Shown here in pieces: positions 58,344 to 64,000 of a DNA stretch of 64,000 nucleotides (position 1 is the first letter of the stretch; each line of letters starts with the position of its first letter). A model generated the notes under the pieces. The model made no database searches. It saw nothing but the letters and a program-made list of their open reading frames with translations, and was not told the origin of the DNA. Origin of the DNA: Promethearchaeota archaeon (GTDB lineage: Archaea; Asgardarchaeota; Lokiarchaeia; Sigyniarchaeales; SOKP01); the NCBI GenBank assembly GCA_016839745.1, contig JAEOTS010000009.1, positions 1-64,000 on the forward strand. The letters are read 5' to 3'. The translations under genes were made by a program, and so were the position numbers.

Positions 58344-59057
58344 GTGTTAACTTTATTTGGTTGGATAGATGGGATTACTGCGTCTGGAGTTGTTATTTTT
58401 GGTTTCATTTTTGGATTTTTCTTCTTATATAAAGCGCGTAAGTCCAGTGCTAAGATTTTATCTGTTTTAGGAATAGTAAATATTTTAGCTGGGCTTATGT
58501 ATTTAGGGGTTTTTACAGATTTCTTAGTAGTTCTGGTAACAGAAACTAACCTGGATAATACTTACGGCTTAGTTGGGATTTTAAGTTATATATGGTTCGC
58601 TCCAGTAATAATACTTGCTCTCTATATCGGTGCTGAACTCTTGATACCCAAAAGAAAGTGGTATCTCATGTTTATCATCGTTGTTATATGTATATTATTT
58701 GAAATTCTTTTCTTCTTAGACCCATTGGGTACATTTAATTTTGTCCCTCCACCAGAAGTTCCACCAACAGGAGAATTATTAATTGATTACAATGTAAATA
58801 TGTTTACACCAGCTGGAATAATAATGGCAATATTATTACTCGCGGTCCTAATTATTCTTGGATTTGGTTTTTTAATAAAGAGCTTTCAGTCTTCAGGCGT
58901 ATTAAGGAAAAAATTCTTTTTCTTATCAATGGGATCGATCTGTTTTTGCATATTTGGACTATTAGAGGGTTTAACAGAACCCGGATTTATGGTAATTTTC
59001 GTAAGGCTCGGTTATCTCATTAGTTTTTGGCTGATGTATTATGGTCTAAAAGATTAG
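58344..59057 (+). CDS. Stand-alone 7-TM membrane protein
   Basis: About 7 hydrophobic segments; no soluble domain. Confidence 0.7.
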   Translation: MLTLFGWIDGITASGVVIFGFIFGFFFLYKARKSSAKILSVLGIVNILAGLMYLGVFTDFLVVLVTETNLDNTYGLVGILSYIWFAPVIILALYIGAELLIPKRKWYLMFIIVVICILFEILFFLDPLGTFNFVPPPEVPPTGELLIDYNVNMFTPAGIIMAILLLAVLIILGFGFLIKSFQSSGVLRKKFFFLSMGSICFCIFGLLEGLTEPGFMVIFVRLGYLISFWLMYYGLKD

Positions 59058-59169
59058 AATTATCTTTCAAATCTTTTTTTTCTTTTTTATCGATTTAAAA
59101 GGCAAAATAAAAATTGCTTTATTTATTTTCTCAATTAAAGGTAATTGATTAATAGTTAGGTATTTTTTT

Positions 59170-60192
59170 TTGTCTACACTTAAATCTGCAATCGATGAAA
59201 TTGACGGTGTTTACCGAATAAAAATTGATGTTCCTTTTCAAGTCAAATTCGTATGCAGTTATCTTTTTAAGTTAGAGGACCAAACTGTTCTAATCGATGC
59301 AGGTTTCAATAGTCCCTCGTGGAAGAAGAAATTTATACAAAAAATCAACAATATTGGATTTAATATTGAGGATATTGATATTTGTATAATCACTCATAAC
59401 CATATAGACCATATTGGGCTAATTCAAGAATTTAAAAAGAAGAACCCTGAGTTAAAGATCGTTATGCATAACATAACTAATAAACTCTTAGAGTGGGAAA
59501 CAGATAAATCAAATAAGGAAGACATTGAAAAAAAGGCTATTAAAATTTCTTTGGAAATGAAGAAATATGGGTTGAGTGAAGAGGAAAGGTTAAGAATTAT
59601 ACAATTTTTTACTTATTGGCCAAGTTTAAGGAGACATTACCCACCAGATAAAATTGTACATGATGGTGATAAGCTTTTAAACGATTTAGAAATAATTTGG
59701 ACACCAGGTCATAGTTTTGGGCATATTTGTATTTTTAACTCAAAAAAGAAATATCTTTTCAGCGGGGATCATATTTTAAGTCGCATTACACCACATATAG
59801 GCAATTTTGTAATACCTGATTTTCTCGCTGATGAATATAAGAACTATAACTTCAAGAATGTGCTTGATCAATACCTTCAGTCATTAGACAGAATTGACCT
59901 ATTGAATCCAAAAGTTATCTTTCCCGCTCACCAAGAAATAATTTATAATCCCCATGAAAGAATAAAAACAATAAAAGAACACCACGCGAATAGGCTTAAT
60001 GATATTTCCAAAGTAATAAAAAAAAATCCAATAAGCCCAAGGAAGATATCTCAAATTCACTTTGGTGAAGATTTGGACGTAATTAACTCGTTTATGGCTT
60101 TAAGTGAAGTTTTAGGCCATCTTTTCTATCTCGAAGACCTCGGAAAAATTGATAAATTAGAAAAGAACGGCAAATTTTATTATCAAAGTTAA
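59170..60192 (+). CDS. Metallo-beta-lactamase-fold hydrolase
   Basis: LIDAG, THNHIDHIG, TPGHS.GH, SGDH, PAH. Confidence 0.9.
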   Translation: MSTLKSAIDEIDGVYRIKIDVPFQVKFVCSYLFKLEDQTVLIDAGFNSPSWKKKFIQKINNIGFNIEDIDICIITHNHIDHIGLIQEFKKKNPELKIVMHNITNKLLEWETDKSNKEDIEKKAIKISLEMKKYGLSEEERLRIIQFFTYWPSLRRHYPPDKIVHDGDKLLNDLEIIWTPGHSFGHICIFNSKKKYLFSGDHILSRITPHIGNFVIPDFLADEYKNYNFKNVLDQYLQSLDRIDLLNPKVIFPAHQEIIYNPHERIKTIKEHHANRLNDISKVIKKNPISPRKISQIHFGEDLDVINSFMALSEVLGHLFYLEDLGKIDKLEKNGKFYYQS

Positions 60193-60232
60193 AAACTATG
60201 GGTTTCCTCTCCTAAATAAATTAGTTAATTAG

Positions 60233-60724
60233 CTACATAGGAACTTTCTCATTTTGAGATACGGTCTTAATAGGTTTTAAAACTACGCAAACTCGTTCCA
60301 CTCCTTTAACATCGCTTCTACCTCTAAAACTTTCTATAACTGCATCGAGTTCATTTATTTCTGGAACATTTACCTTAACAAGAATGCCACATTCTCCCGC
60401 TAAGAAATATACTTCTTCACACTGGGGAAGTATTTGGGCTTCTCGCAATAATTCCTTTAATTCGGATTGACTTCTCGGGATCAATGTGATAAATGCTATT
60501 ATACAGTGTTCGTCCTCTCTACATACCTTAATCGTGAACTTTTCTATTACGTTTTCGTCTTGAAGTTTAATAACTCTTTTTCTCACGGTGGATTCACTCA
60601 TTCCTATTTCCTCTCCTATTTCTCGATATGGTCTTCGTGAATCCTCGATTAACATTTCTAGAATTTGTTTATCTTTCTCATCTAAATTTTTCATATTTCT
60701 ATCACACTCTTCCAATTTGTTCAA
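60233..60724 (-). CDS. Lrp/AsnC transcriptional regulator (start probably ATG 60694)
   Basis: LDEKDKQIL.ML.EDSR.PY.EI...IG.SESTV.KRV.KL, RAM domain V..LAGE. Confidence 0.92.
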   Translation of the reverse strand: MNKLEECDRNMKNLDEKDKQILEMLIEDSRRPYREIGEEIGMSESTVRKRVIKLQDENVIEKFTIKVCREDEHCIIAFITLIPRSQSELKELLREAQILPQCEEVYFLAGECGILVKVNVPEINELDAVIESFRGRSDVKGVERVCVVLKPIKTVSQNEKVPM

Positions 60725-60771
60725 ATACAGTAAAAAAATTATTAAAATTAAATTTTATATTACACTATTAA

Positions 60772-61710
60772 CTAAAAATTCTTTAATAATGGCTCAAAAA
60801 GCCTTTCGTAGTGAACGGCCATGCAATGAATGCCCGCAGCCTTAGTAGTTTTCTGGATTTCTCTTATAAACGGTTCAAAAAAATCAATATTAATTTTATC
60901 GATAGCTTGATTCCGTTTTTTCTTATCTTCTTTGAATTCCTTTTTTACACTTTTTAAAGCGCTCAAAAGATCCTTTGGAACTGAAACACCAGGGATGTAC
61001 TCGTTAAAATACCAAGCAATTCCATAATTTTTTATAGGAAATAATCCCAGCAAAACAGGAACATTGAATCTTTCTAATTCTTTTAAAAATTCCTTGGCAT
61101 CATCTATATCAAAAGATGTTTGAGTTTGAATGAAATCAGCACCAACTTCTACTTTTCTTCCTACTTTAAGGATTTCAGGTTCTCTGGGGTTTGAATTTGG
61201 ATTAGCGGCGCATCCCACATTCATTTCGATTTTCCCACCTTCAATTTCGTTTCCCTCTAAGTCAGTACCATCATCTACCATTTTAGAAACGAGATCGATT
61301 AATTGTGTAGAGTCTAAATCATATACTGCTCTTGCATTTTTATTATCTCCTAACGCTGAATGATCTCCTGTCAAAGCTAAAAGGTTTCTCAATCCAAGAA
61401 TCGAACCTCCTAAAATATCACCAAATAAAGCAATCCTATTCCTATCTCTAACGGTTATCTGCCAGATGGCTTCTAGCCCTACTTTTTCTTGAACTAAATG
61501 GCATGGTACCAAAGAGCAAGTGTAAGCGTCTCCTTGTGGTCCATCAGTTACATTAGCCGCAGTAATCTTTCCCGTTTTCTTCATTTCTTCTGCGGAATGC
61601 AGAATGGAGGATAAATCAACCATCTTTTTCGGCTCCAATTCACCAGTGAATAAAAATTTGCCTTCTTTCATTGTTTTTACTAAATTACTATATGCTGGTC
61701 TTTTTGCCAT
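60772..61710 (-). CDS. metF: Methylenetetrahydrofolate reductase MetF (copy B)
   Basis: TGELEP, ANVTDGP, TVRDRNR, LTGDH, DLDS, GADFIQTQ. Confidence 0.88.
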   Translation of the reverse strand: MAKRPAYSNLVKTMKEGKFLFTGELEPKKMVDLSSILHSAEEMKKTGKITAANVTDGPQGDAYTCSLVPCHLVQEKVGLEAIWQITVRDRNRIALFGDILGGSILGLRNLLALTGDHSALGDNKNARAVYDLDSTQLIDLVSKMVDDGTDLEGNEIEGGKIEMNVGCAANPNSNPREPEILKVGRKVEVGADFIQTQTSFDIDDAKEFLKELERFNVPVLLGLFPIKNYGIAWYFNEYIPGVSVPKDLLSALKSVKKEFKEDKKKRNQAIDKINIDFFEPFIREIQKTTKAAGIHCMAVHYERLFEPLLKNF

Positions 61711-61713
61711 TTT

Positions 61714-62412
61714 TTAATTCTCCTCCTTTTGTGGTTCAGTTTCTTCGTTTGTGAACGTTTTATTTATCTCTATGAATCTGGGGCTACTCCATAGCTGATA
61801 ATTTCTTGGCGGACGATACTTATTAAAGAGATCAAGCCTATTGAATTTCCTAAGACGTTCATAAATCTTTATCCAGGCACACTCATGTATATATCCACCA
61901 ACTTCGCATTTACCATTAACTGTACCTCCACACGGTCCATTACTCAAGTTTTTAGCACAACCTGCCATAGGACATACTCCACCAGTAACCCCTAGTAAAC
62001 ACTCTCCACAAGTTTCACAGTATTCAGCAAAATTATTTTCAGCGTTATTTTCTGCTCCTCCAAACATACTATTTTGGGCTGGATAAGTAATAATGTTTTC
62101 GAATATTCTATTCATCATAACAACTCCCAAACCGCAGGATAGAGATACAATTGCATCATAATGCTCAACAAACGGTCGAACAGTTGTTGCTGCGATTCTA
62201 TCGTCACATTGTCTGAGTACAGTTATAGCTTTCCATGTTAATTCCTTCCCCTCGCTCCTTGCTTTTAATTCTAGCATCTGTGCTAATACTTTTGCCTCGT
62301 TGATAGAGCGAGGAGGTTGACAGCAGCCGTCACATCCAGCTACTAAAATCTTCGAATACGGTTTTATCATCTCGTAAATTTCTTCAATATTTTTCTGTTG
62401 CGTGATTATCAT
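61714..62412 (-). CDS. metV: MetV (copy B)
   Basis: MIITQQK, GCDGC, RQCD, SCGLGV, CETCGEC..GVTGGVCP..CAK.L.NGPCGG. Confidence 0.88.
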   Translation of the reverse strand: MIITQQKNIEEIYEMIKPYSKILVAGCDGCCQPPRSINEAKVLAQMLELKARSEGKELTWKAITVLRQCDDRIAATTVRPFVEHYDAIVSLSCGLGVVMMNRIFENIITYPAQNSMFGGAENNAENNFAEYCETCGECLLGVTGGVCPMAGCAKNLSNGPCGGTVNGKCEVGGYIHECAWIKIYERLRKFNRLDLFNKYRPPRNYQLWSSPRFIEINKTFTNEETEPQKEEN

Positions 62413-62443
62413 ATTATTTAACTCCTTTTTTTATCATAAATAT

Positions 62444-64000
62444 TTATTCTGATATTTTAATTGATTTACTTTTATTTTCTAATTCAATTGATCCTAATTT
62501 TTTTATTCTTTCGACGAATTCTATCATCGTATCAGAGAATATTTTACCTTCGCTGGCAGAAATCCATTTACGCAAAAATCTATCAGGATTAATCCCTATG
62601 GATTCGAGTTCTGATTCAATTTCATTTGTTCTTCTCAAAGTATCTTGATTTCCAGCAATGTAATGACAATCTCCGATATGACATCCTCCTACGAAAACTC
62701 CATCTGCACCCTCTAAAAATGCTTGTAATATGAGGCTCTTAGATAATCCTCCAGAACACATCACTCTTATCGTTCTAACATTAGGCGGGTATTGGTATCG
62801 ACTTACTCCAGCTAAATCTGCGCCGGCATAACTGCACCAATTGCATAAGAATGCTATGATTCTTGGACGTCCGTTTCCGAATTCAACGCGTGCTGCTTCA
62901 GCTATCATTGGTTCAATCTGAGAGGTTCCAAAATGGCTCATTGTAATTGCTTCAGCAGGGCACTCAGCGGCGCAGTCCCCACATCCCTTACACAACAAGG
63001 GGTTTACTTCGGAGATCATTTTACCTTCTTCATATTTTACTCCAACGGCTCCGTAGTTACAAACTTCAGCACATCGATTACAACCTATGCATAGTGCTGG
63101 ATTAACTTTTGAAATTACACCTTCTGTTACTAGGATATCCTTAGATAAAATTGTAGTCGCTCTCGAAGCTGCTGATAATGCTTGAGCGATACTTTCGCTG
63201 ATCGTAGCAGTTCCACGGGCTGTACCACATAAGAATATACCATCAGTTGCGAAATCTGAAGGTCTTAGTTTCACATGCGCCTCCAAAAAAAAGTTGTCAC
63301 TATTTGTAGGTACTTTTAGCATTTTCGCTAATTTTTCATTTTCTTCTCCATCAGAAACAATACCGGCGCTTAATGCTATTAAATCGGAATTAATAGACAA
63401 ATTGCCTAATTTTGGTGTTTCTATTTTTACACTTAATTTTCCGCTATCTTGAACGATTTCTGGGGGTTTTTCATGATTAAATCGAATGAAAACAATTCCT
63501 TTTTCCCTTGCTAAGTTGTAATACTTTTCCTTAAATCCATAAGTTCTTATATCCCTGTAAATAACTACAATATTTAATTTTGGATTAACTTCTTTTGCTT
63601 TTATTGCGTTTTTAATAGCTTCAGCACAACACATTCTGCTACAATAGGGGTGTTCTTCGTTTCTAGAACCAACGCACTGTATCATTACTAATGTGTTTAC
63701 TCCCTCGATTTTTTCAGGATTCGTATAAAGAATATTTTCTAATTCAGATTGCAAAATTACTTTATCATTTTTCCCAAAAAGAAATTCTCCTTCTTTTGGT
63801 TGATATTCGTGAGCACCGGTAGCTACGATTATGATTCCATGCTGAAATTCCGTTGTTTCTTTATCATTACCAAAAGTAATATTTGTCGTGAAATTACAGA
63901 CATATCCACCAATTGAATTGATTTTACCATTAAGAAAAACATTAATGAGTTTATGTTCATTAACTTTTTTGATTAAATCCGAAATATGTTCTTGAACATC
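62444..64000 (-). CDS. hdrA: HdrA-like flavoprotein fused to MvhD (5' part outside the window)
   Basis: Frame open to the window edge (..HGIIIVATGA..). QCVGSR..PYCSRMCC, RDIRTYG, FFLEAHVKLRP, two 4Fe-4S motifs, then MvhD FLCNWCSYAGADLAG..RVMCSG..GCHIGDCHY..WISASEG. Confidence 0.92.
   Translation of the reverse strand, partial: DVQEHISDLIKKVNEHKLINVFLNGKINSIGGYVCNFTTNITFGNDKETTEFQHGIIIVATGAHEYQPKEGEFLFGKNDKVILQSELENILYTNPEKIEGVNTLVMIQCVGSRNEEHPYCSRMCCAEAIKNAIKAKEVNPKLNIVVIYRDIRTYGFKEKYYNLAREKGIVFIRFNHEKPPEIVQDSGKLSVKIETPKLGNLSINSDLIALSAGIVSDGEENEKLAKMLKVPTNSDNFFLEAHVKLRPSDFATDGIFLCGTARGTATISESIAQALSAASRATTILSKDILVTEGVISKVNPALCIGCNRCAEVCNYGAVGVKYEEGKMISEVNPLLCKGCGDCAAECPAEAITMSHFGTSQIEPMIAEAARVEFGNGRPRIIAFLCNWCSYAGADLAGVSRYQYPPNVRTIRVMCSGGLSKSLILQAFLEGADGVFVGGCHIGDCHYIAGNQDTLRRTNEIESELESIGINPDRFLRKWISASEGKIFSDTMIEFVERIKKLGSIELENKSKSIKISE

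Noticed and set aside
1598-61363. Short ORF-track entries lying opposite or inside longer genes (e.g. 1598, 5568, 8179, 15761, 16403, 27829, 39678, 48765, 55517, 61130)
   Set aside because: Antisense or alternate-frame shadows of well-supported genes, with no motifs.
62444-64000. Selenocysteine recoding in HdrA/MvhD (also checked DsrE and thioredoxin)
   Set aside because: No in-frame TGA in the visible parts; the relevant positions are Cys codons, and no convincing SECIS was seen.
1-64000. CRISPR array, cas genes, transposases, prophage
   Set aside because: No regularly spaced repeats or recognisable mobile-element proteins.

Overview
AT-rich (roughly 30% GC by eye), gene-dense archaeal chromosomal window. 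The gene content points to an Asgard archaeon of the Lokiarchaeia: Rab-like and MglA/Arf-like small GTPases, a longin+roadblock protein, an IPGY Loki-CTERM-type sorting signal, archaeal aIF1A, Spt5 and Cdc48, archaemetzincin, CdhD and a tRNA-Pro. Metabolic content: three paralogous acyl-CoA dehydrogenases, a DAP lysine cluster (dapF, lysA, dapB, dapA), two metV-metF pairs (one directly behind an HdrA-MvhD fusion), a core MetE, and a LysR-DsrE-TusA sulfur-relay locus. The most striking signal is non-coding, at 388-514: a circularly permuted 5S rRNA gene. The 3' half precedes the 5' half, helix I is closed by a short loop, and the unit sits inside a long processing-type stem with a BHB/BHL-like motif. 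Other notable items are candidate ATT start codons, a candidate C/D-box sRNA, and an hsp20-cdc48-ArsR-protease operon with a palindromic operator. No CRISPR array, transposase or prophage was seen. All calls come from motif recognition; no searches were run.
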